Assembly: GCA_016290975.1 (NCBI GenBank)
Contig: JAEEVS010000010.1
Coordinates: forward strand, 4,481 to 68,480
Origin: Prevotella sp.
GTDB lineage: Bacteria; Bacteroidota; Bacteroidia; Bacteroidales; Bacteroidaceae
DNA: 64,000 nt
Direction: 5' to 3'
The position numbers were made by a program, and so were the translations under genes. The first letter of the stretch is position 1, and every line of letters starts with the position of its first letter. Positions 39,993 through 50,293 of this stretch are shown here, in pieces. A model generated the notes under the pieces. That model saw only the letters and a list, made by a program, of their open reading frames with translations. It was not told the origin of the DNA and ran no database searches.

Positions 39993-40529
39993 TTGAAAGT
40001 TAAAGGCTACATAAAAAGGTTAAGGTTAACGTCAGCGTTAACGTTGTTGTTAGTACTGGTGCTGACAACAGCCTGCTCTGTGTCGTATAAGTTTACTGGC
40101 GCAAGCATAGACTATAACAAGACGAAGACGATACAGATAGCCGACTTCCCTATACGTGCCACATACGTGTGGGGACCGATGGCACCAATGTTCAACACGA
40201 TGCTGAAGGACAAGTTTGAGAGTCAGACAAGACTGCAGCAGGTGAAGCGCGACGGCGACCTGAAGATAGAGGGCGAGATAACACAATATCAGCAGAGGAA
40301 CAAATCGGTTTCTGCCGACGGCTACTCCAACCAAGTGGAGCTGATAATGACCGTGAACGTGAGGTTTACCAACAACAAGAATCACGACGAGGACTTCGAG
40401 AGGCAGTTTACCGCCAATACCACCTATGAATCAACGCAGAGTCTGAACTCTGTACAGGAGAGACTGGTGGACGAGATGTGTCAGAGCCTCTGCGACCAGA
40501 TATTCAACGCAACAGTATCTAATTGGTAA
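39993..40529 (+). CDS. lptE: LPS assembly lipoprotein LptE family
   Basis: Lipobox LTTAC; SYKFTGASIDY; QIFNATVSNW typical of Bacteroidales LptE. Confidence 0.8.
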   Translation: MKVKGYIKRLRLTSALTLLLVLVLTTACSVSYKFTGASIDYNKTKTIQIADFPIRATYVWGPMAPMFNTMLKDKFESQTRLQQVKRDGDLKIEGEITQYQQRNKSVSADGYSNQVELIMTVNVRFTNNKNHDEDFERQFTANTTYESTQSLNSVQERLVDEMCQSLCDQIFNATVSNW

Positions 40530-41362
40530 TGAGCATACAAGAACTGATACAACATCCTGAGCTGATGAACCGTGAGACGCTCTACGAACTGAGACGCATC
40601 ACGGCTGAGCATCCGTATTACCAGACGGCAAGGCTGCTACTGCTCAAGAACCTGTATCTGTTGCACGACTCCACATTCGACGAGGAACTGCGCCGTTCGG
40701 CAATATACATAACAGACCGCAGGGTGCTGTTTAACCTGGTGGAGGCGGCACACTACCGACTGAAACGTAAGTCGCCACAGAGTTTCACAAACAAACCCGA
40801 CAGAAGGGCGGCGGCAGTGACACAGGAGGACGATTCACGTACGGTATCGCTCATAGACACGTTCCTCAGTACCATACCAGAAGAGGACGAACTGAAAAAA
40901 GAGAAGAAGGAGGAGCACCGCAAACCAACGGCTGTGGATGCCACAACAGACTATGTGGCTTACCTACTCTCTACCGACTTTGAAGAATTAGATAACGAGG
41001 ACATTAATGGGAACGGGAACGGGAACGAGAGCGGGAACGATAACGGGAACGATAACGGGAACGTTAACGGGGACGGGAACCAAGCTGATGCACTTATCGA
41101 TGCATTCATAAACAGCGAAGGTAAGATAACCCTGCAAGAGGAACTGGAATATACGCCAGAACAGGAAGAAGATGGGGACGGCGACGAGATGACGTCTGAC
41201 GAATACCTGACCGAGACACTGGCTGGCATATACATAAAACAGAAAAGGTATAAGAAGGCACTCGACATAATGGAAAAGGTGAACGAGAAAGCCAACAGCA
41301 ACAACAAATACTACGAGGACCAGAAAAGATTCCTCGAACTGATAATAGCGAACTCGAAATAG
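40529..41362 (+). CDS. Tetratricopeptide-repeat-containing conserved protein
   Basis: HPYYQTARLLLLKNL and TETLAGIYIKQKRYKKAL; conserved position upstream of secG. Confidence 0.75.
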   Translation: MSIQELIQHPELMNRETLYELRRITAEHPYYQTARLLLLKNLYLLHDSTFDEELRRSAIYITDRRVLFNLVEAAHYRLKRKSPQSFTNKPDRRAAAVTQEDDSRTVSLIDTFLSTIPEEDELKKEKKEEHRKPTAVDATTDYVAYLLSTDFEELDNEDINGNGNGNESGNDNGNDNGNVNGDGNQADALIDAFINSEGKITLQEELEYTPEQEEDGDGDEMTSDEYLTETLAGIYIKQKRYKKALDIMEKVNEKANSNNKYYEDQKRFLELIIANSK

Positions 41363-41440
41363 AGGTTAGAGCTTAGAGGTTAGAGGTTAAAGAATAAATT
41401 AAAAAGGATAAATAATAAATTAAAAAAACAAAACAAAAAA

Positions 41441-41782
41441 ATGTACACACTTTTAGTAATTTTCATTCTTATTGCAGCAGTGCTCATGATCGGCATCGTA
41501 CTCATTCAGGAATCAAAGGGTGGCGGTCTTGCTTCAGGTTTCTCAAGCGCTAACAGCGTGGCAGGCGTGCGCCAGACAACAAACTTCATCGAGAAGGCTA
41601 CATGGACACTGGCTTGTGCTATGGTAGTGCTCTCAATAGCTTGCGCTTACGTTGCACCACAGGCTGCTTCAGACGCTTCAGTAATAGAGAATGCTGCTAC
41701 CGAACAGCCACAGACAAATCCTAACAACACTCAGGGATTCGGCGCAACACAGCAGAAAGCACCTGCTGCTCCAGCTAAGTAA
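41441..41782 (+). CDS. secG: Preprotein translocase subunit SecG
   Basis: VLIQESKGGGLASGF, two TM helices, EKATWTLA. Confidence 0.93.
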   Translation: MYTLLVIFILIAAVLMIGIVLIQESKGGGLASGFSSANSVAGVRQTTNFIEKATWTLACAMVVLSIACAYVAPQAASDASVIENAATEQPQTNPNNTQGFGATQQKAPAAPAK

Positions 41783-41784
41783 CT

Positions 41785-43056
41785 ATGGTAAAGCTATTCG
41801 TACCAATACTGGTTATAGGTCTCTGCTTTTGCAGCGACCTATATATCTTTTTGCGCTATATCAAACCTGCAGTCCTCAGTTCACATTCTTCATTCTTCAC
41901 TCGTCATTCTTCATTCTTCAAGTGGTTATGGTGGTTGCCGCTGGTTGTAGTGCTGGCACTCTTTGCCAAGTTCCTGTTCTTTAACGCTGGACTGGAGAAA
42001 GAATACACCGCCACCAACATATTCCTGCTGGTGATGGTGCTGGTGTGCGTACCGAAGATATTGTTCAGTCTGTTTTCACTCATACCAAAGGTGGGCACAT
42101 ACGTAGGACTAGCAGTGGCACTCCTTATAGTGTATATAGTAGTGTATGGCATCACAATAGGTTTCAACCAACTGAAGGTAAAGCACATAACATACGAAAG
42201 CACCAGCGTGCCCGAGGCGTTTGACGGATATAAGATAGTACAGTTTTCGGACGGTCATGTGGGTTCGTTCCGCGGTCCATACGCCCACCTGTTGAAGGAG
42301 ACAATGGACAGTATCAACGCACAGAAGCCAGACCTGATATGCTTTGTGGGCGACATACAGAACTTCACCCCTAACGAGCTGGAGGCACACCGTAAGGCAT
42401 TCTCGTCACTTAAGGCACCAGACGGCGTGATGACCATTATGGGCAACCACGACTACTCCACATACCTGAAACTGCCTGCAAAGGAAGAGGCTGCAATGGT
42501 GCAGCGCACAAGGAATACCCAGCGCAGTTTCGGATGGGACCTGCTGGAGGATGAGCATCGCATAATACATCGCGGAAACGACTCTCTATATATAATAGGT
42601 GAAGAAAACTGGGGCTTGCCACCATTCCCACAGTTTGGTGACATCAAGAAGGCTGTCGGCGATATAGCCAAGACCTTAGACAAAAACAAACAGACCCCTA
42701 CCCTCTCCATCATGCTGTCTCATGACCCTAACGCATGGCGACACCACATAATGCCTGTGATAAAACCAGACATAACACTGGCTGGTCACACCCACGGCAC
42801 ACAGTTCGGTCTCTTCGGATGGTCACCATCCAGCATGGTGTATGACGAATGGGGAGGAGAGTACTATTATAACGGGAACGGGAACGGGAACGGGAACGAT
42901 AACGGGAACGGGAACGATAACGGGAACAGTGTTTCACGAATGACGACGGAGGAGCGACCCACCCTGCTATCTGTTTCAACAGGATTCGGAGGAAACTTCC
43001 CCTTCCGCTTTGGAATGCCACGTGAAATTGTAGTTATAACGATGAAAAAGAAATAA
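41785..43056 (+). CDS. Membrane-anchored metallophosphoesterase (YkuE-like)
   Basis: SDGHVG, VGD, MGNHDY, SHDP, AGHTHG motifs; N-terminal TM helices. Confidence 0.88.
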   Translation: MVKLFVPILVIGLCFCSDLYIFLRYIKPAVLSSHSSFFTRHSSFFKWLWWLPLVVVLALFAKFLFFNAGLEKEYTATNIFLLVMVLVCVPKILFSLFSLIPKVGTYVGLAVALLIVYIVVYGITIGFNQLKVKHITYESTSVPEAFDGYKIVQFSDGHVGSFRGPYAHLLKETMDSINAQKPDLICFVGDIQNFTPNELEAHRKAFSSLKAPDGVMTIMGNHDYSTYLKLPAKEEAAMVQRTRNTQRSFGWDLLEDEHRIIHRGNDSLYIIGEENWGLPPFPQFGDIKKAVGDIAKTLDKNKQTPTLSIMLSHDPNAWRHHIMPVIKPDITLAGHTHGTQFGLFGWSPSSMVYDEWGGEYYYNGNGNGNGNDNGNGNDNGNSVSRMTTEERPTLLSVSTGFGGNFPFRFGMPREIVVITMKKK

Positions 43057-43061
43057 AAGAG

Positions 43062-43097
43062 ATGCTTTTTGCTTCAACGCAAAAAGCATTTTTTTTT
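43062..43097 (+). terminator. Intrinsic terminator
   Basis: ATGCTTTTTGC-TTCAAC-GCAAAAAGCAT followed by a T run. Confidence 0.75.
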
Positions 43098-43188
43098 CAT
43101 AATACTTGCATAATTAAATTAAAAAATGTAACTTTGTGGGGTGAAATAGTATTAACCAATAACTATACACCCCACAAATAATAGTATT

Positions 43189-44994
43189 ATGAAAATCAAG
43201 AAAAGTATCATGTTAGTCTTCGCAGCCCTTTGTTGCGCTGGGTCTTCTGTGGCAGAAGAAATGGCTAACTACGAGGCTGTACAGGAACAGACAGCGAAGA
43301 CATTTCAGCAGATAGAGGCTGAGATGAAGTTTAACAAAAACTGGAACGGGAACTGGGACATTAACGGGAACGCTAACGGGAACTGGAACGTTAACGCGAA
43401 CGCGAACAAGAACACTGAGATCGAGTTCTTGCATAAAGACCGTGCACCATTCTCAAAGGAAAACTGGACATGGATGCATACCAACCCAGGCGTGAGGGCT
43501 TACAAGCCAATGGAAGACCTAACGTTCGTGGGCATACCAGTATTTGTAGCTGGTTGGATAGCTAAGAGCGAGAAATATGGCTTTAAGCAGCAAGGCAAGC
43601 ACTCTTTGGTGACCAACTTCAAGTCGGGCGTGGATGACTACCTGCAGTTCTTTGGTCCTGCATTCACCGTAGGTTTGAAGGTGGCAGGCGTAGAGGGTCG
43701 TTCTGACTGGGGACGCTTCCTTGCCACCACAGCGATGTCATACGGTATCATGGCTGGCTTCGTAAACGGTATCAAATACACCGCCAAGGAGATGCGTCCT
43801 GACGGCTCAACAGCCAACTCATGGCCTTCAGGTCATACGGCAACAGCCTTCGTGGGTGCTACCATCCTGCATAAGGAGTATGGTCTTACCCGTTCACCTT
43901 GGTACTCTGTAGCAGGCTACACCGTAGCAACGGCAACAGGTATCATGCGTGTGCTTAACAACCGCCACTGGGTGAGCGACGTATTCTCGGGTGCTGGTAT
44001 CGGTATCATGTCAACAGAGCTTGCTTATGCCCTGAGTGACGTATTATTCAAGGGCAAGGGACTGCTTAGGAACAATCTGACAGGTGGCAAGAACATCATC
44101 GAGAACCCATCATTCTTCAGTCTGTCAATGGCAATGGGATGGGGTTCAAGAAACATGGACTTTGATATGAGCAAATTCTCATTTGATGATGGAGACGGCG
44201 ACAAGAATTTCAACCTGAAGTTTGGTACATCAACAGCAGTAGGCGTTGAGGGTGCTTACTTCTTCAACAAATACTTCGGTGTAGGTGGACGTCTGCGCGT
44301 TCACTCTTCTCCTATTAAAGGTTGGCAAGACATTGTCGGAAAGTCTGAAAAAGACTTTGTAAACTGGATATTCGAGGATACAGAAGACGAAATGATAAAC
44401 AAAATGGTTTATGGTACAGAGGAAGCACCATACCCCTTGATAGGAGACGAATATGACGACCTGAAATTCACTATTGAGAGTGACCACCTTACGGAATTTG
44501 CTGCTGATCTCGGTGTATATTTCAACTTCCCTCTTTCAAGCAGATTCGCACTTGGCACAAAGTTCCTCGTAGGTAGCAGTATAATGCAGGAGCTGAACCT
44601 GAGTGCAACCGCTAAGGGTTACAAGAGAGACGTAGAATTTAACCAGGATTGGGATATCACCAACGTGATACCAAGGAATGAGCAATACACCTCAACGTGG
44701 GACTACTTTGTAGTTGATGCTAACAATACATTCAAGGCAGGTACAGGTATCTCTCTGACCTATGCCCACAAGGACAACTTCGCATGGAAACTATTCATAG
44801 ACTACGACTACACCCGCAAGACATACACCATGATATATAACCCAGGCGAGTTCCTGCTTGATGCAGTAACACGAAACGGCACGCCATTACGTAATGACCC
44901 TGATTTCAAAGATGAGAACATTCAGGAATCACAGAGCATAAAGAAAGACAGAAACACCTTCACATTCGGTGGTTCATTTACAATAAACTTCTGA
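43189..44994 (+). CDS. PAP2-family phosphatase with C-terminal beta-barrel-like region
   Basis: KYTAKEMRPDG, SWPSGHTA, RVLNNRHWVSDV; ends in FTINF; signal peptide. Confidence 0.82.
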   Translation: MKIKKSIMLVFAALCCAGSSVAEEMANYEAVQEQTAKTFQQIEAEMKFNKNWNGNWDINGNANGNWNVNANANKNTEIEFLHKDRAPFSKENWTWMHTNPGVRAYKPMEDLTFVGIPVFVAGWIAKSEKYGFKQQGKHSLVTNFKSGVDDYLQFFGPAFTVGLKVAGVEGRSDWGRFLATTAMSYGIMAGFVNGIKYTAKEMRPDGSTANSWPSGHTATAFVGATILHKEYGLTRSPWYSVAGYTVATATGIMRVLNNRHWVSDVFSGAGIGIMSTELAYALSDVLFKGKGLLRNNLTGGKNIIENPSFFSLSMAMGWGSRNMDFDMSKFSFDDGDGDKNFNLKFGTSTAVGVEGAYFFNKYFGVGGRLRVHSSPIKGWQDIVGKSEKDFVNWIFEDTEDEMINKMVYGTEEAPYPLIGDEYDDLKFTIESDHLTEFAADLGVYFNFPLSSRFALGTKFLVGSSIMQELNLSATAKGYKRDVEFNQDWDITNVIPRNEQYTSTWDYFVVDANNTFKAGTGISLTYAHKDNFAWKLFIDYDYTRKTYTMIYNPGEFLLDAVTRNGTPLRNDPDFKDENIQESQSIKKDRNTFTFGGSFTINF

Positions 44995-45009
44995 TACATT
45001 TAGAAGCTA

Positions 45010-45083
45010 AGGAGTCAGGAGTTAAGGAGTTAAGATATAACCATGAGGCTCTCTGTGTTGTCTTAACTACTTAACTCCTGAAT
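45010..45083. repeat. GGAGTTAA-type inverted tandem array without an enclosed gene
   Basis: AGGAGTCAGGAGTTAAGGAGTTAAGATA ... TGTCTTAACTACTTAACTCCTGA. Confidence 0.75.
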
Positions 45084-45107
45084 TCTTTACACTTCATACA
45101 AAAAGTA

Positions 45108-45141
45108 TAACCCCGCAGCGGAAAATCCTACTGCGGGGTTA
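45108..45141. terminator. Bidirectional terminator-like hairpin between the PAP2 gene and the tRNAs
   Basis: TAACCCCGCAG...CTGCGGGGTTA with A runs on both sides. Confidence 0.65.
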
Positions 45142-45162
45142 AAAGAGTTAGAGAGAGAGAGG

Positions 45163-45237
45163 TGGGCGTTGACGGATTCGAACCGCCGACCCTCTGCTTG
45201 TAAGGCAGATGCTCTAAACCAGCTGAGCTAAACGCCC
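45163..45237 (-). tRNA. tRNA-Val(TAC)
   Basis: Reverse complement GGGCGTTTAGCTCAGCTGGTTTAGAGCATCTGCCTTACAAGCAGAGGGTCGGCGGTTCGAATCCGTCAACGCCCA folds as a cloverleaf; anticodon TAC. Confidence 0.97.
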
Positions 45238-45270
45238 TCTAAGGCTTTGTTATAATCGTTGTATTCGTTG

Positions 45271-45345
45271 TGGGCGTTGACGGATTCGAACCGCCGACCC
45301 TCTGCTTGTAAGGCAGATGCTCTAAACCAGCTGAGCTAAACGCCC
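45271..45345 (-). tRNA. tRNA-Val(TAC), identical second copy
   Basis: Same 75-nt sequence; -7 box TACCTTTG on the minus strand at 45375-45382. Confidence 0.97.
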
Positions 45346-45441
45346 TTTCGAAAATAACTTTTCAAAAGCGAGTGCAAAGGTACAAAAATTAATGAAGAAT
45401 TAAGAATGAAGAATAAAGAATTTGCTTGCTTTTAGCGTTTA

Positions 45442-47268
45442 TTAACAGTTAAACAAGCGTTCTACCTCTTCATCGCCGAGGAAAGCTACTATTTTCTTGC
45501 CATCTGGAGTGTATCGCTGGGTGTCACACTGAGAGAGTTGCTGAAGCAGATGATGCATTGCCTGTGCATCAAGAATCTCACCATACGGAATAGCAGCGCG
45601 CTCAGCAAGTCCCTGTGCAAGGATGGAGTGTATCTGACCTGTAGCACCCACGCCGTGCTCGTAAGCCTCTGTTACAAGGTCGCTGACAAGGGCTACGGCA
45701 TCCAGTCCGCCAAGTCCTGATGGTATGCCTGCTATGCTGTAACTGCCTCCGCCAAGGTTGGTGATGTCGAAACCCAAGAGGCGCAACTCTGCCAGTATCT
45801 CATCAAGGGATGCTGCATAAGACGGCGGAAACTCCACCACCTCAGGGAAAAGAACCTTTTGTGAATGAGCGGTTCTGTCGTTGAGGGTCTTCATATACTG
45901 GTCATACAACACTCGCACACTGGCACGATGCTGATCTATCATCAACACCCCATTGCTCTGCGAGAGCATAATATAACGTGCAGAATGCTGCAAGACAGTT
46001 GTATCGTCGGTTATCTCGCCCATGAGAGTGTCAGTAGGGGCTACTACATCCTGTTTGAACGAATTGTCCTGGCTGAGAGTGTCGCCATACAGTTCCTCCC
46101 ACCCTTTCGCACTACGTTGTGAAGAACTGTAGTTATTCTGCTTTGCCTTCTTCTGTTCAGCAAAAGGATTATAGGAAGGGTTGTAATCAATATGTGGCAC
46201 CCTAATGTTGCTCTCAGGCTGAGAGTTGAACACTGGGATATCTGGTTTTCCCTCAGTATCGAAATCGAGAGAGGTTACCTCACTGAACTTACCCACCGCA
46301 TCACGTACGGCAGCCATGAGTATCTGCCATATCACCTGCTCGTTCTCAAACTTTATCTCTGTCTTGACTGGATGTATATTAACATCTATATCCTCAGGGT
46401 TTACGGTAAAGTTGATGAAGTAAGACACCTGTTCGCCACTTGGCACCAGACGGTCGAATGCCGTCAGCACCGCCTTATGGAAATAGGGGTGCTTCATATA
46501 TCTGCCGTTGACAAAGAAGAACTGGTGAGCACCCTTCTTCTTGGCAGACTCTGGTTTGCCCACGAAACCCGAAATCTTGCATACCGTAGTGTCAGCCTCA
46601 ACACTCAGGAGCTGCTGATTGATACGTTTGCCAAAGACGTCTATTATGCGCTGATGAAAGTTTGCGGCACGCAGGTTTATCACCTCCTGACCATTGCTGT
46701 GCAGCGTGAATGCTATCTGTGGATAAACAAGCACGATGCGTTCAAACGCCTGCATGATGTTATTCATCTCTGTGGCATTAGACTTCAGGAACTTCCTTCG
46801 TGCAGGGATATTAAAGAAAAGGTTTTCGATGAGGAAATTGCTGCCTACAGGACATGATACTATTTCCTGCTCCACAAACTGCGAGCCGTCAATACGAATC
46901 CTCGTACCCACCTCGTCGTCTTTGGTGCGTGTCTGCAGCGTCACCTGTGCCACAGCAGCTATACTTGCCAATGCCTCGCCACGGAAACCCATAGTGTGCA
47001 GCGAGAATAAATCCACTGCCTGACGAATCTTTGAGGTAGCATGACGTTCAAAGGACAGTCGGGCATCAGTATCAGACATACCACAACCGTCGTCAATAAC
47101 CTGTATCGACGACTTTCCTGCATCGCACACCAGCACTTGTATATGCGTTGCCCCCGCATCTATTGCGTTCTCCACCAACTCCTTGATAACTGAGGCTGGG
47201 CGTTGTATCACCTCACCTGCCGCTATCTGGTTGGCTACTGAATCGGGAAGTAGTTGAATAATGTCCAA
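45442..47268 (-). CDS. mutL: DNA mismatch repair protein MutL
   Basis: NQIAAGEVIQRPASVIKELVENAIDAGA, HATSKI, GFRGEALASI, DVNIHPVK, DQHRASVRV. Confidence 0.96.
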   Translation of the reverse strand: MDIIQLLPDSVANQIAAGEVIQRPASVIKELVENAIDAGATHIQVLVCDAGKSSIQVIDDGCGMSDTDARLSFERHATSKIRQAVDLFSLHTMGFRGEALASIAAVAQVTLQTRTKDDEVGTRIRIDGSQFVEQEIVSCPVGSNFLIENLFFNIPARRKFLKSNATEMNNIMQAFERIVLVYPQIAFTLHSNGQEVINLRAANFHQRIIDVFGKRINQQLLSVEADTTVCKISGFVGKPESAKKKGAHQFFFVNGRYMKHPYFHKAVLTAFDRLVPSGEQVSYFINFTVNPEDIDVNIHPVKTEIKFENEQVIWQILMAAVRDAVGKFSEVTSLDFDTEGKPDIPVFNSQPESNIRVPHIDYNPSYNPFAEQKKAKQNNYSSSQRSAKGWEELYGDTLSQDNSFKQDVVAPTDTLMGEITDDTTVLQHSARYIMLSQSNGVLMIDQHRASVRVLYDQYMKTLNDRTAHSQKVLFPEVVEFPPSYAASLDEILAELRLLGFDITNLGGGSYSIAGIPSGLGGLDAVALVSDLVTEAYEHGVGATGQIHSILAQGLAERAAIPYGEILDAQAMHHLLQQLSQCDTQRYTPDGKKIVAFLGDEEVERLFNC

Positions 47269-47279
47269 GGGTCAAAAGT

Positions 47280-48956
47280 TTATGGGGTTATGGGTGCTCT
47301 CTTCGGAGCCTCACGTCTCTTTTCTTGTTTCAGTTCTGTGCCCTTCGCCTTGGGTCGCCAAACGAAGATGTCGTGCTTATTGAGCGGACGTATATAGTCA
47401 AACCAGGCAAATGACGGCAGTTTATGCTTCTCGGGTGGTGTCTGTGTGATAGGATATATCGTTCCCTCACTGGCGCTCATCCATATCTTCTCCAATTTCC
47501 TATCTGGGGCAATATACATCCTCAGCGTATCGGTCTCTGTGTAGTTCAGCCCTATGACACTCGTATCAGACTCCTCCACGGGGTAATACACCACCTTCAC
47601 ATTCGATATGGCGCTGTTCTGCCTCAGTTTGCCATCGGTAAAGTAGGCAAACATATCTCGTGACGACACCTGATTATAGTATGTCGTGTCAGCCGTCAGC
47701 CGTTCTACCGATAATGCCTGTCCCAACACCTCGGCATACCTCACCGTAGAGTCGTTGGAGTAGATATTTATTTTCTCGCCAAGCAACTGGCTGCCTTCGT
47801 TCCACACTATAGGGTCTTTATACATCGTGGCGCAAGAATCCTTGGAGAGCATCACCAGCGAGTCGCATACAGCCTGTAAATCCCTTCTGAAGGCTCTCAC
47901 GTGGTTGTAGCATAGCACCTCACGCTGAACGGAGTCAGTATTGATATAGTACGTGCGCACGCGAATGGTGTCACAGTGCATCCACATCGTGTCTTTCTGC
48001 GAGTAGTCTATTGCCACCAGACTGTCTGTAGCCCATCCGTAACCCGTCTTCTCGTTATAGTTGACGTAGTTGGCAAGCAACATGTTCTTGTTAAGCGTAT
48101 CGTTATACACCACATTGCCAAAACCCTCATTCAGTCCTGTATTGTCGTTATGCAGCAGCGTGTCGGCAGTTATCGCCTTACCTTCGTTATACACCGTAGA
48201 GCGGCCATACAACTGCGAAGCCTCGGTCTTGGTGTTGTAAAAAGAATTCTCCGTCTTCACCTTGCTGCCCTCTGACAGTATGGTGGAAGGTCCCAGCACA
48301 TGGGCGAGCGACTTGTTATTGTCGTAATACAGCGTGTCGGTATCTATGCGCAGCCCCTTGTCGTTGGTCAGCACCACGTTATAGTAAAACTCCGAGTGGC
48401 GGGTGTCAGAGAAATACCTTCCCCAGTCGGCTGTCAGCACATCGTTGCCCTCCACCAGTTTTATGCCTGCTGCTCCATAGGCATCGGCTATGCCATACAT
48501 CTTGTCATAGTCCAGAGTGTCACAGAACAGCTTCGACTTCTTATGCGTCAGCACCACATTATCGTAGGCATGTCCCATCTCGTCGTTGCCGTCATAGTAA
48601 GCCCTGTCACTTGCTAAGGTGAGTGTGTCGCCCTGACGCATCTTCACATGGCCGAAGGCGTGGAAGGAGTTGGTATTCTCATAGAAATAGGCACTGTCGC
48701 AGGTGAGGTGCATGCCCTTATGCACAAAATACACCTTACCTCTCAGAAACTGCGCATCGGGGTGTGAACCGTATATGTCGTATGACAGTTCGTCGGCATG
48801 ACGCAGATAGACCTTCTCGTCCACCTTTCTCGTCACTGCCCTACCCTTCTTCGCCATTACCGAGAATACCGTGGCAAAGGCAAAAAGACACAGAACCATC
48901 AACGTCGTGATTCTGTGCCATTCTATTCCGTTATGTTTCTTGTTCACTTCACCCAT
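47280..48956 (-). CDS. OstA-like (LptA/LptD_N-type beta-jellyroll) protein
   Basis: Repeated L.CDSA/L.CDTL.YD beta motifs; conserved surA-ostA-mutL order in Bacteroidales. Confidence 0.8.
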   Translation of the reverse strand: MGEVNKKHNGIEWHRITTLMVLCLFAFATVFSVMAKKGRAVTRKVDEKVYLRHADELSYDIYGSHPDAQFLRGKVYFVHKGMHLTCDSAYFYENTNSFHAFGHVKMRQGDTLTLASDRAYYDGNDEMGHAYDNVVLTHKKSKLFCDTLDYDKMYGIADAYGAAGIKLVEGNDVLTADWGRYFSDTRHSEFYYNVVLTNDKGLRIDTDTLYYDNNKSLAHVLGPSTILSEGSKVKTENSFYNTKTEASQLYGRSTVYNEGKAITADTLLHNDNTGLNEGFGNVVYNDTLNKNMLLANYVNYNEKTGYGWATDSLVAIDYSQKDTMWMHCDTIRVRTYYINTDSVQREVLCYNHVRAFRRDLQAVCDSLVMLSKDSCATMYKDPIVWNEGSQLLGEKINIYSNDSTVRYAEVLGQALSVERLTADTTYYNQVSSRDMFAYFTDGKLRQNSAISNVKVVYYPVEESDTSVIGLNYTETDTLRMYIAPDRKLEKIWMSASEGTIYPITQTPPEKHKLPSFAWFDYIRPLNKHDIFVWRPKAKGTELKQEKRREAPKRAPITP

Positions 48957-50293
48957 CCTTCATATTCGAAGTCGCAGTTCTTATAGCGGTCGTCCATTTT
49001 TACGTATGTGGACTTTATTTTCTCTTTCACCCAGTTGCGTATCGTCTCATCCTTGCGACGGTTGAGCACCACGTTGCTCAGCACCTGGAAATCCTCCTGC
49101 ATATTAGCCTTGTGGGCTGGAGTCCTGCTCTTAAGTTTCACCACGGCGCACACCGTCTTGCCACGAGCGTTTATCATAGTAAAAGGCTCTGATACCGAGT
49201 CCACATCCAGTTTCTCCACTGCACGTGCCACCTCTGTAGGCAGGTCCTTCATCTCGAAGCGTGATGTGCGACCACTCTCGCTGTTGTTTGACATCAGTCC
49301 GCGGTTGCTCTTGGTGTCCTTGTCGTCAGACAGCATGGTGGCAGCCTCATCAAAGGTGAACTTCTTGTTATTCAGGTCTTCAGTGAGCACCTTCATGTGC
49401 ACCAGCGTAGAGTCTATGTCGCTCTGTGACACCCTTGGCTTCAGCAGTATGTGACGGCAGTTTATCTTATCGCCACGCTTGTCTATGAGCTGTATGATGT
49501 GGAAACCATATTCTGACTCCACTATCTTAGATATCTTCTTCGGGTCGCTGAGGTTAAATGCCACTGCAGCAAAGTTTGGGTCGAGCATACCGCGTCCTGT
49601 GTAGCCCAACTCGCCGCCCTGTGCACCGCTGCCAGGGTCTTCAGAGTACAGTCGTGCCAGGGTTGCAAAACTCGTTCTGCCTGTCTGCACACGGTCTGTG
49701 AAATCTCTCAGGCGGTCCTTCACCCTGTTTATCTCCTCTATCGGTATGCGAGGCTGCATGGTTATTATCTGCACCTCCACGGTGGTGGGCACCATAGGCA
49801 CACTGTCTAAAGGCAGGTCACGGAAATACTCACGCACGTCGGCTGGTGTCACCTTTACGTTCTCCACCAGTTTGCGACGCATACGCTGTATCAGTTCGCG
49901 ATTCTTGAACTCGTCATGCAGGTCGCTGCGCATCTCGGCTACGCTCTGCTTACGGTATTCCTCCAGTTTCTCCTTTGAGCCTACCATCTGAATCCAGGCG
50001 TTTATCTGCTGATCCACGCCCTGCATTATTTCGCTTTCCGTTACCTCTATACTATCCAGCGCAGCCTGATTGAGGAATAGTTTCTGCACAGCCAGCTGCT
50101 CTGGAATGCGACAGTCGGGGTCGCCCTCCCATTTCACACCTTCCTGTTCAGCCTGCATACGTGCCATCTCTATGTCAGAGCGCAGTATCGCCTCGTCGCC
50201 TACCACCCACACCACTTCGTCTATGTAGTGGGGAGCGGCAACCATCAGGGCTGAAACCGTCAGACCCAGTAATATGTTCAGTATCTTTCTCAT
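48944..50293 (-). CDS. surA: SurA-like peptidyl-prolyl isomerase
   Basis: IDEVVWVVGDEAIL, FATLARLYSEDPGS..GGELG, SEYGFHII, RHILLKP. Confidence 0.85.
   Translation of the reverse strand: MRKILNILLGLTVSALMVAAPHYIDEVVWVVGDEAILRSDIEMARMQAEQEGVKWEGDPDCRIPEQLAVQKLFLNQAALDSIEVTESEIMQGVDQQINAWIQMVGSKEKLEEYRKQSVAEMRSDLHDEFKNRELIQRMRRKLVENVKVTPADVREYFRDLPLDSVPMVPTTVEVQIITMQPRIPIEEINRVKDRLRDFTDRVQTGRTSFATLARLYSEDPGSGAQGGELGYTGRGMLDPNFAAVAFNLSDPKKISKIVESEYGFHIIQLIDKRGDKINCRHILLKPRVSQSDIDSTLVHMKVLTEDLNNKKFTFDEAATMLSDDKDTKSNRGLMSNNSESGRTSRFEMKDLPTEVARAVEKLDVDSVSEPFTMINARGKTVCAVVKLKSRTPAHKANMQEDFQVLSNVVLNRRKDETIRNWVKEKIKSTYVKMDDRYKNCDFEYEGWVK

Noticed and set aside
45163-45345. tRNA duplication as an integration-site scar
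   Set aside because: Both copies are full length, 33 bp apart, with no integrase or cargo; this is an ordinary tandem tRNA pair.
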